From positions 125,122 to 189,121 of the forward strand of contig MU057713.1 of assembly GCA_013265495.1 (NCBI GenBank): a stretch of DNA of 64,000 nt, in the 5' to 3' direction. Under the pieces are notes generated by a model that was not told the DNA's origin, searched no databases, and worked only from the letters and a program-made list of their open reading frames with translations. The translations under genes were made by a program, and so were the position numbers. The DNA is from Vicugna vicugna (lineage: Eukaryota). Below, piece after piece: positions 40,446-52,929 of the stretch. How positions within the stretch are numbered: position 1 is the first letter of the stretch; each line of letters begins with the position of its first letter.

Positions 40446-41194
40446 ATTATTTTTATAAAGCCCCTCCTCCTGATATCCAATAGCCAACCTCACCCAAAAT
40501 CCCTCCATTCTTCTTAATTTCATGTTACATTGAAAAGTTTTGGCGAAATTGCTTGATTTCTCTGCAATTTTAAGAAACAATCACTTTAAATCTCTACGGA
40601 TTCTCTGTACATCGACTATCACATGTGAGTCAGAAATGCGACTGCACACATGAAATTGAAGACTTCACTTTTATTTTCACTTCTGAGGAAGTTCAAGAGC
40701 TAAAGTGCTTCCCTACTAAAACAAGCAAAGACTGACCCTCCTTAAATCACCTGCTTTTCAGACAATAGAATAATAATAGTCTGAGTGATCTGAGAAAAGT
40801 GTCTGGCTCTTGGCAAGTCCTGCTAAACTTTTCAAGCTCCATCTTCAGAAACTACTAAAGATTTCTGTAACTTTAAAGCCATGTTTTTGACACTAAAAAA
40901 CCTGACACATCACAGAAGTTAGAAGTGGAAAACTCAAAGCATCCTTCTCTATCAACTACATTATTAATAAGATAAAAACAACAGAAATTGGATCCACATT
41001 AATACACTCTGGCAATTAATGCTGGTGTTCTAAAGACAGCACACACAAAGAGCCCCGGGCTTTGCAGTCACCACACCAGGTTGAAAGGAAACAATTCTCA
41101 GTGTGAAAGTCTGGACATTTGGATGAAAAATACGACAGGCTATTTTTTTTTCCCAGATAGCATAACCCCCCCACCCCCAAACTTCAGTATTTAA

Positions 41195-41495
41195 GAGGCA
41201 GAGTAGAAGACTGTACAGACAGATTCTAGACACAAGTTCAAAATGTGGCTCTACCTCTTACTAGTTTGTACTTGAGCATTTTACATGCCTTCCCTTCATC
41301 AAACGTTCTCTCCTAGGGGTGCCCTAGATTCCAGGGCCATAAAACAGGTCCTTGCAGCAGTTTAGGGACTTCGTTCAGAGTCTTAGCTTTCACCTGGATA
41401 AAATGGGAATAATATCAACCCCACTGATGGTCAACCAAGATGAAGTGGGCAACATACACAGCACAAAAGAAAACACGTCAATAGATAAATTCTTA
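41195..41495 (+). mobile_element. MIR, interrupted
   Basis: GAGGCAGAGTAG...GGCTCTACCTCTTACTAG and ATAAAATGGGAATAATA. Confidence 0.55.
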
Positions 41496-44400
41496 TTTTT
41501 ATAAATTTCTACCAGGCTACACTAACTGCAGGCTATGCGAGTCCTCCTAGCAATGTAGAGTATACATCGGAAATGAAAATTCAGCCTCATTCAGTTCCAG
41601 TGGCAAGAAGCGCGCTGTAACTATGGGCTGAGCCTAAAATGAATGAGGCAAAAAAAAAAAAGGTTCTAATTACAAATTTTCAGTATGCCTAGGGGTTTAT
41701 TAAACACATGTTTCATGGGCCTCAATTCTTTGATTCAATGAAAAAGTACAAAAATCCATCATGTTGATTTTATTTACCAACCACAGTATGTCTTCAATGT
41801 AATACCTTCAGTAGGTTGCCATTAAAAACTAGATGCTAAAAAGAAGTCAGAAGAAAGTGTATATTCAGTACTCATCAGAGTTAAGAGGTTTCTTCCTTTT
41901 CTGGTTCTCCATTTCATAACAATTAATTGGTTAAATCTAGGAATATAGCCAAGAAGTATTATATTCTGTTTCACAGAGAATTACTGTACCTAATTCAGCA
42001 GTACATGAGATTCCTACGGTGTAGTAGAACTATTTTATGACTGTCTTAAAAAGGTAGTCTCTTATCTTCTAACAGAGTAAGAGATTATATTATTGTTCAA
42101 AAGCCTAAGCCATTACCAGGCCTTTTAACAAGTGTGCTAATTACTTGAAATGACATGAGAAGTACCATGAATGAAAGAGCAATAAATTGTCAGTTCTTTT
42201 GAAACTATAGTTCAAATAACTCAGCATTACTATTAACTTAACATAAGATACTAATTTTGAGAGTTATAAATAGCTATAATAATGATGATCCAAATGAAAG
42301 AAAAATCATTAGCTTACCCTCTCAAAAGGTAAGACGGTCTTGCTATTATTGCATTAACGGTGAGGATCAAGTTTGCTCCTGTACATAAATGAATATGTAA
42401 ACTGCAAAGTGCTAAATAATTGCACAGAATCAGCACCACCAGAGAGTCTCAGTACCAGAAGACAGATCACTGTTATGTATATTAAAGACTATGGAAGTCT
42501 CCAGGAAAAATTTCCTCATATCAAATTAGTATAAAATGAGATTTTAATTAGAAAGAAAGTTTCTTGTCCTCCTCAGTTATAAAAACAAAGCATAATGCAG
42601 AATTCCTTTCTCATACACAGGGGATAATAGCTTTTTGAAAATTACCAAAAGGCAAATGCTCATTAAGTCCCTGAACAAAACATCTTTGGCATCTATCTAT
42701 TGCTACCAGGCACGCAGACACACTTCCTCACACAGAGGCCTCAAAGCTCTGTCTGTCTTTCTCGGTGCTTTATCAGTTCATCTGAGTATACACAGAAAAA
42801 CCCTGAGTTCAGTAATCATGTTGTTCACATACATCTTTACTACTTTTAGTCTCCCTTTTAACAATGAGAGTACACTGCCCGATTCGGAGTAACTGCGGAG
42901 CCATGAAATTGGTCTTTGACCGGTTGTCAGGAGAAAGCATAACTATTCTAGACACTGAATGCCAACTCAGAAACATGGACTAGCCACCTCTGCTCCACCA
43001 CACTGCACAGTATCAGAGTCTGAAGTCACAGGGATGTCATAAACCCCACAAGGACGTGGATTCCAGGCAGGCTCTGGAAAATACGAAGAGTACAAGTTGG
43101 AAAGTGTCACTCCCAGTGACTTGTGGTGATCGGGTGTCCCAGGACTTTCAGTCTGTCAAGAACCATTGGCCCAGACACCCAAAATCTAACACCGAAAGAT
43201 GATCCACTGAATAGAATGCGATTAAAGACCATGAACTTATTCTATGCAGATTTGGGGGAGTCTCTTTACGGAGCAACAAGACATGGGTTTGCCTGTATCT
43301 GAGAATGAAGCAATGAACCAGGTAGTATCTCATGGTCTTTTCCAACCCCATATTTCACTGTATGATCAGAATGTTGCTTTCTCTGCAAATGTAAGCCAAA
43401 CTGACACTAACTTTTCCCCAAAGTCAGTCCATTCCCTGCCTGCAGTGTAATTTTTAATCCTAGAGTGATCCAACAGTGCAATTCCAGGAAGCGTGAAGGA
43501 GCCTGCATTTCACTGTCAGAGAGCTACCAGGGATGACAGCTTGTAATCCCGTGGACACAATGAAGGATGCTCTCATATCAGGAAATCTGGAGAGAAGGCA
43601 TCCAAGGCCTCACACAGGATAAGTCGTCAGTCACAAATCTGTAAACTGAACTGAGCATTTTGACCTTGAAGTCACAACATTTGCAAGGTTCCATTTACTT
43701 GTTTCTAAAAATGAAGGTGAGTTACCAAAGTATAAAAAAAAAAACATGCAATTTTAGAGCATCCTAATAGTGCCTGAGGATGCAAGGATAGGTAAGGCAC
43801 ACACCCCCCTTACAGGCAAAGCTGACCAGCAGGACGTTTTTATGTGAGATTCTGAGCCTCGAGGGGAGACGTCTAAATTAGAAACACACGCTGAGGAGTC
43901 ACAACATGTGGGTGTGTGGGGGGAGGCGGACTGTAGCTAGGCGGACTGGGGGCAGGATGTGATCAACCAGGGAAGAATCTGGCATTATCAGAGCTGTGGA
44001 AGAAGAGGGTACAGTGGTTAGGCAGCCAGTAGAGGACAGAGAGTCATGTGGGAAGGAACTAAACAGCAACAGCAAATGCAGCCAAGAGTAACAAAGAGGT
44101 TGGAAACCACTCACTAAATGTTTACAGAAGGGAGGAAGGGAGGAACTGAGAGTGGTCTCCTCTGAAGGCTTCTAGTTTTCCATAAATCAAAAGGCACAAT
44201 AAACTGGAAAAGCAAAGTGGAAAATTTCAGTAAGGTCTTGAAGAAAGTGGTGAAAGTTTGGAATATTCACCGAGAGCAACCTACTTAAGGAAAAAATTTC
44301 TAGGTGCTACTGAAAGGAGCAAATGATATGCTTACTGCCTTTACATATGTAAGGATAGTGCATTTATTCAACAAATAATTATTAAAGGAGGTCGTGGGAA

Positions 44401-44505
44401 AAGACAAGGATACATAGGGCAAACCTCAGGCGTCAAAAATTCAAGTGTGCAAATCATTTCCAATATAAGGCAAAAACAAGTCCTCAAAAGAATTATGAGC
44501 ATCTT

Positions 44506-44554
44506 GTGTGTATGTGTGTGTGTGTGTGTGTGGTGTGTGCGTGTGTGGTGTGTG
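44506..44554 (+). repeat. Imperfect (TG)n microsatellite
   Basis: Directly visible. Confidence 0.9.
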
Positions 44555-46464
44555 CGAGCACTTTGGAGCTGATGGTTAAGCTGATCCATCCACACTCTTT
44601 TCTCTTTCAGTCCCTTGGGACACAAAGCACGCACTAATTAGATGATTCATGGACGTCAGGGGTACAACCCACAGCATGGGACAAAACGTTCTCCCATTTT
44701 TATTTATTGATATTACAATTTGAGTGTTAGGAACGTAACTCGCATGACTAACCAGAGAATGCTGGAAAGGGTCACTCCCTCCTGACTTGCACCAAGTACA
44801 GTTAGCTGAGGACAACAGACAAATGGACAAGCTGGCAGGGGGTGGGGTGCTGAAAGGCCGTGAGGGTCTATGTATCACTCAACTCAGTGTGCAACATTCT
44901 CCCCAGAGGCTGACTCTGTGATAAGCATAATTAACAAACACCCACTGGGTGGCCTAGGGGCTAAAGTGGTAAACACAATAGCCCCTGTCCTCAAGGAGCT
45001 CCCAGTCTAGTTGGAAAATAAAACATACCCATGAGAAACCTTACGTAACAGTAAGATTTTGTAGGCTGGTCAGGACAACTTGAGAGCAGCCAGCCAGGGG
45101 TGTGCATTGTCCTTACCAGATTTGTGCTGCAGACTGAAATGTATTCTAAGAAGGAAGGACACACGGAACGAAAGCTGCGAAAGAGGGAGGGATACTGAGG
45201 GGTCTCAAAACTAGTTAAAGGTCGAGACCTCACGAGGCTCAGCAAAAAACAGCCAGTCCCATCGTAATTAGTACCCTGTTTGCCATCGCTGCTGACAGAC
45301 TCACCCCGTGCATCTTTGAACCATCTGTGTTTCTTCAAATCGGTAACCAGCAGCCCTAACACTGCCAGTGATCTGCACAACTCTATTTTAGGAGGCATTT
45401 GTTGCAAAGATCAGATACTTGACTGTTGCTTTGTCTTCGGGACTTGCAAAAATAAGACCAGTAATTTGCCCACAAGTTTCCCGCATGGCTGAGGCATTAC
45501 ATCACGTACAGATGTTCACAAAGGTTGAATTTACTCATATTTTGTCCTCTCAATTTTCAGAAGAAAATAGCCAGGTTTACCTGTTATCTCCAGGGCCATT
45601 CATTTAAGACTGAATTGGAAAGTTTCTTTGTGAGTTTAGATTTCTGCATTTAAGAACAAACACCAAACAAACAAAAAATGGCAGTTTACCATAATTACCA
45701 CTCTTATAAAATCACTGGGCAGCTGGAAGTTCCTTCCTCCAATTCTCTGTACTCCCACCTTCACCCAGACTCTGGGCAACATTTCAAGCAAAGAGGCATT
45801 GGGATTGGCCCAATCCTTCAAAAACTCTTAAACCATCAACAACCCTATTGTTTCTTTCACACTCATGCTTCCCAAGTGTAGCTAAGTTGTGTTTAACTCT
45901 TTGCATGTCTGAGTTATTATCATTGGATTTTCCAATCACACAGTACTTTAAATTAATTTGCCTGGGCTACCAAATTAAATCCCACAAGGAATTCACTGCC
46001 AGGCTTAGACACACCATATCCTTAGAAAACCCACGCTTGTCACGCATTCAGTGAGCGGGGTTATCTGTCCTACTTTATTTTCTGGGGCAGAACAAGAGCA
46101 AAAGCAGGGCTGGTGCCAGGGAAGCGGAAAGCAAGCACCAAGCCTTGACAGTGAGTCACAAACAGATCTGGGCGTAAAACCAGGATTGATTACAGGGATG
46201 CTGAATGAGAGACGTCAAGGACTTGAGAAGGTGAAACATCAGAACAGCACCCAGGCAACAGCCAGCAAGGCTCCGGTGAGGAAAGTGAGCAATCAAAATG
46301 CAAACAACACGGGACACCAGAGAGGATGCAGAGAACCTCAAAGAAGAAGAATCAAACAGAACGTTCATGCCTCGTCCCCACACGCTAGGAGTTCTCACCC
46401 AGTCCTTACTGAGGAAGAACTTGAAAAGTTTATCCAAACTCCCAGCAGAACGTCGTGATGCTGA

Positions 46465-46670
46465 CAGTCACTGGTTTACCCAGTGCCCACGTGCTCAGCA
46501 CTTTACGCACACGATCTCGTTTTCACCCCCGAACAACTCCCTAGGCGTTTGTTATTTCTCTATTTCACACACAAGAGATCTAAGGCTCACGGAGGTTAAG
46601 TAGTTTCTTAAGGTCACTCAAAATAGTAAGAGCCAGAGCTGAGGTCAAAGCGCTCATTTCTCTAAAACAC
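46465..46670 (-). mobile_element. MIR
   Basis: AAGGCTCACGGAGGTTAAGTAGTTTCTTAAGGTCAC. Confidence 0.75.
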
Positions 46671-46705
46671 GCTATTTATGCCGAAGTGTATGCTTAGCAG
46701 CTAGA

Positions 46706-46940
46706 ACGTGCTGTCCAGTATGGTCACCACGAGCCTCATGTGGCTGCTGAGCACCTGGATTGTGCCTACTGTCACCTACTGAAATCATGGCATTTTGGAT
46801 ATACTGATACAAATAAAATACACTTGAAAAATTAACTGTACCTCTTTTTTAATGTGGCTGCTAGAAAATTTAAATATGTATATATTTAGTATTTACTATG
46901 TAATACTTAATCTGTCTCCTGTTTCTATTGATCAGCACTG
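46706..46940 (-). mobile_element. MER33/MER3-type hAT-Charlie element
   Basis: GTGCTGTCCAGTATGGT...CATGTGGCT and TTTTTAATGTGGCTGCTAGAAAATTTAAA...TTCTATTGATCAGCACTG. Confidence 0.75.
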
Positions 46941-49424
46941 TCCTACAGTATAAATTCAGTCTTTCCCAAGTCCTCTTTAAAACAACACATAGACTCTCTG
47001 AAGTTTCAGCTGCAGCAAAACAATATCTAGGAGTAAAAAGCCAAGAAAATGCCCTCGCTCTGCTCCTGATTTTACCTCTCGCGCTGGAATCACTCAGTTT
47101 ACTGCTGCCACCACCAGCCCGGTATCCAAGTGCGGAATCAACTCTTCTTTTCCGTCCTCTTAGTCCAGCTGAGAAATTTTTGCCTCTTCACAAAGACATT
47201 TTAAATGACCATGATAAAACAGAAGTGAGTCACAGAAAATTCAAGGAACAGTAAAACCACCCCGGTAACAAATCAGAGGTTTCTTAGTTTCTGACCTTAG
47301 TTAACTTGCATAAGAGCTTGTAAAACATACAAACTTACAGAAGCCTACACTGGTCATATACATGAGAGGGGTCCTATAAGAGGTGTGGTAGAAGGAGTGG
47401 TGGTGTTTTTGATAAACAGGCAATGTATGTCTGTTTTAAAGGCATCAAATTTGAAATTTTAAAAAAAATCCCACAATAATTGCTAAGGAGGTAACCATGA
47501 ACAATCTTCTCTCCCAGGTTTGGGCTGTAGGCTTTAATACACTAGGATGAAAACCAAGTTAAGAAAGAAACAAACAAACATGAAAGAAAATAGGTGGGCA
47601 AAGGAAGTGCTAAAAAAAAAAAAAAAGGAAATTGAGCTTAAAATGGTTCTAGTTCTGACTACTGGACCAAGTACCCATCCTTATGGGACCCAAGAAGTCA
47701 GCATCATCAATTGACATTTGTAATATAAAACCTCTAACACTTCTCAAAAGGTTGTATGGATATGTGTTGAGTATTATATACATTAATTCCCAGAGATAAC
47801 TCAAATTCAACAGCTTTTGTTAACACACACACACACAAAAAAAACCCTGGGCGATACTGGGGAAGAAATTTACTCAAAGTTGCATTATTTAAGATGGCAC
47901 TTTGAAAGCCTGACCGCTCTTCTGGCCGCGGTCTATGGGTCACAAGCCCCTCTGTTTTATAGGATAGAACAGGATATAGGATACAATTTATAAGAGGATG
48001 TGAATCATAGTGAGCAAGTGGGATCATGATCCATGATTCCAGTAGCTGGAATATTTCTTATTAAAATTTGTTGTGCATATTTGCTTTCTTAGCAATTTAA
48101 TTCTTAAGCAAATGAATGGGGTCAACAATCATAGGAGCTAAAGTCCTTCGTGCAAGAAAGCCACAATCTGGTCAGAAAACATATGCCTCTAAGTTAGCTA
48201 TGCCCAGCCTGAAGGAAGACTTCAGGACAGTCAGACGACAGGCGGAGCTAGATGCAGTTTCCTCCCAACCATTCAACAGGGCCCAACATCTGAGTCCTGA
48301 GGGCTATACCTTCTTTGTATGTAGAATAAAGGCAACAAAGAAAGGAATATATTTAAATAAGAAGCTTGGGAAGCGGCTGTGTGGTAGAAGAACTACAAGC
48401 AGCGGACTGGAAGAGAAAGACCCAGCTACAGCACCACCCCAGCTGCCCTGAGGCAGGATGCTCGACCTTGCTGGAGGCAGACTAGGTAATCACTCCATCT
48501 CTTAACACCTCTTAACAGTCTAGGATTCTGTGATGGAGCATGTGTTCCCTGCATCTATTCAAAACAGTTATAATAACGCTATGTAAAAATAAAACCAGTG
48601 TTTACTATAGCTGAAAAGAGTGGTAAGATTTGAGGACACCAGGAAATCCACCCTAATCACCACTCTCTCCCCACACCTGCCCCTGCATTCACGTTAAGGA
48701 TGAAGACTTGTGGGTAGAATTTCAAGCAGAGAACAATGTTAAATGTTCAGCTGGAAGGCATTAAAAATCAAATTTATTTACTTCATAAGTCTGCCATGGG
48801 ACATGACATGTCTTAGGATCTAATACTAAATTTCTCTAAAAGGCCTGAAGTTTGCCTCATGTGAGAAGGGGGAGACCCAAAATGTGATGATCACATTCAT
48901 CAAACGGCTCCCCAAAGTTTGCTCAGAGGTCCAAAAGTGTGGGAGTTTGGGCAATCGGGTGTCCTTAAGGTTGGAATCCATTATCCAGAAAACCTAGCTA
49001 TTTGAAACAAGCAGTCACGCTAAGCCCCATGAAAATGATTAGTGCTATTCCTGTTAAAGGCTCTCTTGGTCCATCAATAGGTAAAGACTAACTAAAAGAA
49101 AATATCTTTCCTCTTTTCTTCAAAAGAGATTACTAAAAAATATTATCATTGCTAGACTGCAGAACTTGCCGATATGTTCTCAAGATTTCACTCTGAAATT
49201 CTCATGTACCATTCCCTGACTGATTCAACATGCATTTCAGTGTGTGCTGTGTGCCAGACAATCCGGAGTTGACAAAGAAATAGACAGAAAGGGATTTTAG
49301 TCTCTAATAGCTGTTTTCTAGTTGGAAAGACAGGCTATAAAAAAGTTACTTTATATACACAGAAAAAGAAAATGATGCATCCTAGGCTGGACACGATTTG
49401 CAACTCGCTCTACAACTCAGTTTC

Positions 49425-49825
49425 CCAGGTTAATATGGTTAAAGGTTTGGAAGGGACCACAAATGTATATAGTCCAAACATCCAACCAGCCCTCTCTGTA
49501 AGATCCCCACCAAAGGACTGTCCCACACATCCTAGAAGTCACGCCATGGAAAAGAACCCACTCTCACTAGTTAGGACAAATGCATCTTCCCAGTAAAGTC
49601 TGCTCCTCAGCCACGTGAACCAAGTCAGAGTTCCCATCCATACAGATACTTGTAAATCCTAGGACAGCTCTGACCTTTTTCCCTGACAGATCTAAGTCAC
49701 CTCCAGGGTCTTCAGTCCTTCTTCACATGGAACCCTTCATCACTGAGGTAACCCTCTTCTGAACAGGTTCCAGTTCTTCTGTGTCCCTACTGAAAGATGA
49801 GATCCAGAAGTAAACATAATGAAGG
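49425..49825 (-). mobile_element. L3/CR1 fragment
   Basis: GTTTGGAAGGGACC...TAGTCCAA terminus; CCCTCTTCTGAACA...CCAGAAGTAAACA. Confidence 0.55.
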
Positions 49826-49849
49826 GAGAATTTATATCCCAATAATTTC

Positions 49850-50105
49850 TAAAAATAGACTTTGGAGTCTGATAGATCTGTGTTAGAACCTCAGCTCGAA
49901 AACTGCTGACTGTTTGACCTTCAGCAAGTTAACTAACCTCTCTGAGTCTATTTCTAGACTTCTATGTAGTAGGAATCAGAATGTTTCATTATATTCCTCA
50001 AAGGTTGATTGCAAGGATTAAATGTGATGTAGTATGTGTAACACTTAGCCTGGCATCTGACAACTAGCAAAGGTTTAATAAATGGTAGGTGTTTTTATTA
50101 TTATT
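49850..50105 (+). mobile_element. MIR
   Basis: GACTTTGGAGTCTGATAGATCTG...GCAAGTTAACTAACCTCTCTGAGTCT. Confidence 0.8.
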
Positions 50106-51419
50106 TTTACTACCCAGCTATACTCTGAGTAGCCCAGCATAAAGTATGACTGTTCAGTCATCTTTGAAATTGTTAAAATTTACTTAAAGATTCTCTGTTC
50201 CCTCTTTCCATTTTTCACCTTTTAGTTGCAATTCTATGCTTTTGCTTTTTCATTCTCTGATTTCTTGGCTTGGTAACTCACCTACCTCTGGTTTTTGCTT
50301 TCATCCCACTTTTATTTAGAAACAACTTCTGAATAGGGACATCTGAACCACGCGTCAGCATCTGTACTATGATTTCAAGATAAATCTCTTACTCCCAATT
50401 AATAGAATCACGATGAAACTTCCAAATTAATCTAAGATGCTCTCCCTTTTTGCTTGAAAAATAATCAAGGAAGGCTATACTTCGGGTTTTATGCTTCCTT
50501 ATCCAAATTATGTACCGATGTTGCTGGGAAATATGTTCTTAATAGCTACATTAACTGTGATAAGTTCACTCACATCATTGTCATTCATGTCTAATTAACC
50601 TAAATGCCCTACTGGGAGTAGACAAACTTGCGCAAGGCCAGGAGAGTGAGTCCGGTAGCTCTCCCAGCCCCCAGTCCCGCTGTCTGAATACACAAGGACA
50701 GGAGAGGGAAGGGAAGATGAGTGTTCAAGATCAACAGGGGTACCTGTCTGGAGAATCTGGCATGACTGCAGTAATTGCATAGATCAGAAATTGTTGGACA
50801 AGAAACCTTTCTCTCAACAAGGAAATCATTTCATGAGCAAACAAAATAGTTAAGAAGAGCACAAAATTGCTCCTAGGTATCCAAGTCCAGACAGCATTTG
50901 GGAAGAAATGCACAATTTTTTTGGTAATTTTCAACTGTCAGAAATTAAACATTAAGTTTTCTTTAATAATAAGGTCAGAGTTATATCCAGTTCTTTCTGT
51001 AGTGTCCCTGACAATAAGGCTCTACTTGATTATGCCCGCTGGTGGGAGGCTCACTATCCGATAAGGTACAGCATTCCACTAACGAACTCTCTTTTGGTTA
51101 GATATTTCTTCCTTTTATTCTATTCAACTCTGTCCCCTCTTTAACTCCCCCTTAAAACTGACCTGTGCTCTGTAGGCCGGCCTATCAGGAAGCTCAGAAG
51201 GTGAGAAACTGAGGGTAAGGAGCCGGTAGGTATTTGGACACAGATCATTTTTCCTGTTGCCTGTTAAAGCAGGCTTATTTCTCCTGAGGGACAAGCCCTG
51301 TTAGAGCTCTGAAAAAAAACTGGGTAAGAATGTTAATCTGTTACTGGGCATGGATCTATCAAAGTCACACAATTCCTACAATAGGCATGGATCTAAAGGC
51401 CCAGGAAGCCATGCAGTTT

Positions 51420-51421
<2 letters not shown>

Positions 51422-51459
<38 letters not shown>
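51422..51459 (+). repeat. (AC)19 perfect microsatellite
   Basis: Directly visible. Confidence 0.97.
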
Positions 51460-51461
<2 letters not shown>

Positions 51462-51599
51462 CTTGGCCAACAGCAAGCAGAGCCTAGCCCCATGGAAGAG
51501 AATCAATAACTAAGTTTTGGAAACAAAGGACAACGCTTTGTGCAGAAGGTTCCTGCATCTTATGACCATATGCAGTTCTAGACAGGCAGTGCTGGGTGC

Positions 51600-51735
51600 T
51601 TCAGGGTTTCTCAATTGTATTGGGTATGAGAAACATGCTTGTTCAAAAATGCAGACTACTGAATTCCATCCTTAGAGATTGTAATTCAGGACCTCGAGGA
51701 TGGGGCCCGGGGGGCTTCATGTTTAGCAAAGGCAG
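51600..51735. mobile_element. MER5-like DNA element fragment
   Basis: CAGGGTTTCTCAA...GCTTGTTCAAAAATGCAGACT...AGAGATTGTAATTCAG...GGATGGGGCCC. Confidence 0.6.
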
Positions 51736-51749
51736 GCTCTCTGGGAAAT

Positions 51750-51970
51750 AATGGTGCCATGGGCAAGAGCTCTGGAGCCAGAGAGATGTGAGTTATACCT
51801 GCAGCACCAACCATGTTTCTTCTTTAGTAAAATGGAGATGACAATCATAGTTCTTCTAATCTCTTCCAGGTGTTACCAGCATTAAATAAGAAAATGTGTG
51901 TGAAGCATATAACAGACAGCCTATAGTAGTGGCCCATTAAACAATCTGTATGTAGCAAGTATTATTTTTA
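51750..51970 (+). mobile_element. MIR
   Basis: GCTCTGGAGCCAGA...GTAAAATGGAGATGACAAT. Confidence 0.65.
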
Positions 51971-52929
51971 TTTTTTCATTATCACAATGTATTGATTTCA
52001 ATTTCCCCTCAAGGCATTACTTAAACTCTCAAGATCACTTTCCCTCTTGGCTTCCTTTTTCTGATGCTCTGTTTGAAATTCAGAAGCTATCTTTGGAAAC
52101 AGGGCATAGAGGAATCACCCAGAACACCTGTTATTTTGATATTCACTCTATCTTTCATAGTCAGCCCCATCCCCCTGTCAGCTTCCTGTCTCCCAGACAC
52201 TACCCTTTGATTTCTACTGCCACTTCTCTCATGCAAGCCCTCTGGCATGTTGCAGTTTTTGCCTAGAAAGCTCTTCTAACTGCCTTTCTGAATAGTTAAA
52301 TATTGCTCATCTGCGAAACACTCAGATCAGCCATCACCACGCCAATGCAATCCTTCTGATCATTGTTTTTCGTTTTCTAACTGTAATTGCATAATGGTTG
52401 ATTTCTTCATTTCTCTCCTGTGACAACTGAGTCTAAAGCTGCAGTAAGAGTAGGAAATTGGGAAATGGCACGATGGATGTTAGTTAATTTTTAAACTCAA
52501 AATAGTAAAGTCTGTCTCAATGGCTTAATTCAGGCAAATACATTTTTGGCCTAGTTTGTTAGTATTATATCCTCAATTTTCCACTTCACATTTCTTGATG
52601 TTGACTCGTGCTAAAATTTCTCAGTCTCATTAGTTTATTACCAATGTGAAATTATTATATGCAAAATTTAAAAATAATAATCACAAAGGCAGTTTTTGTA
52701 GTGCTTAAAGCATCATCAAGCACTGAAATTAAAATATCCACAGTGTCAGTATAGTATATAACTGCACAACAAATCAGCACTAATTTAGACACTGAATTGT
52801 GAAATAATCATTCTTGGTACTGACAACCAAATAACTTATTAGGTATACTATATAGAATAGTATAATTGTCTAAGACTATAATATTAAATAAGTTATATAG
52901 CTCAATAGACAGTAATGGTAAGATGCCAT

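Noticed and set aside
42429..42450. REST/RE1 site (TCAGCACCAC...)
   Set aside because: Only the left half-site matches; GGACAG is absent at the canonical spacing.
44991..46603. ORFs of 100-138 aa on both strands
   Set aside because: No recognisable homology or exon structure. They partly overlap L2 or MIR, and the lengths are plausible by chance.
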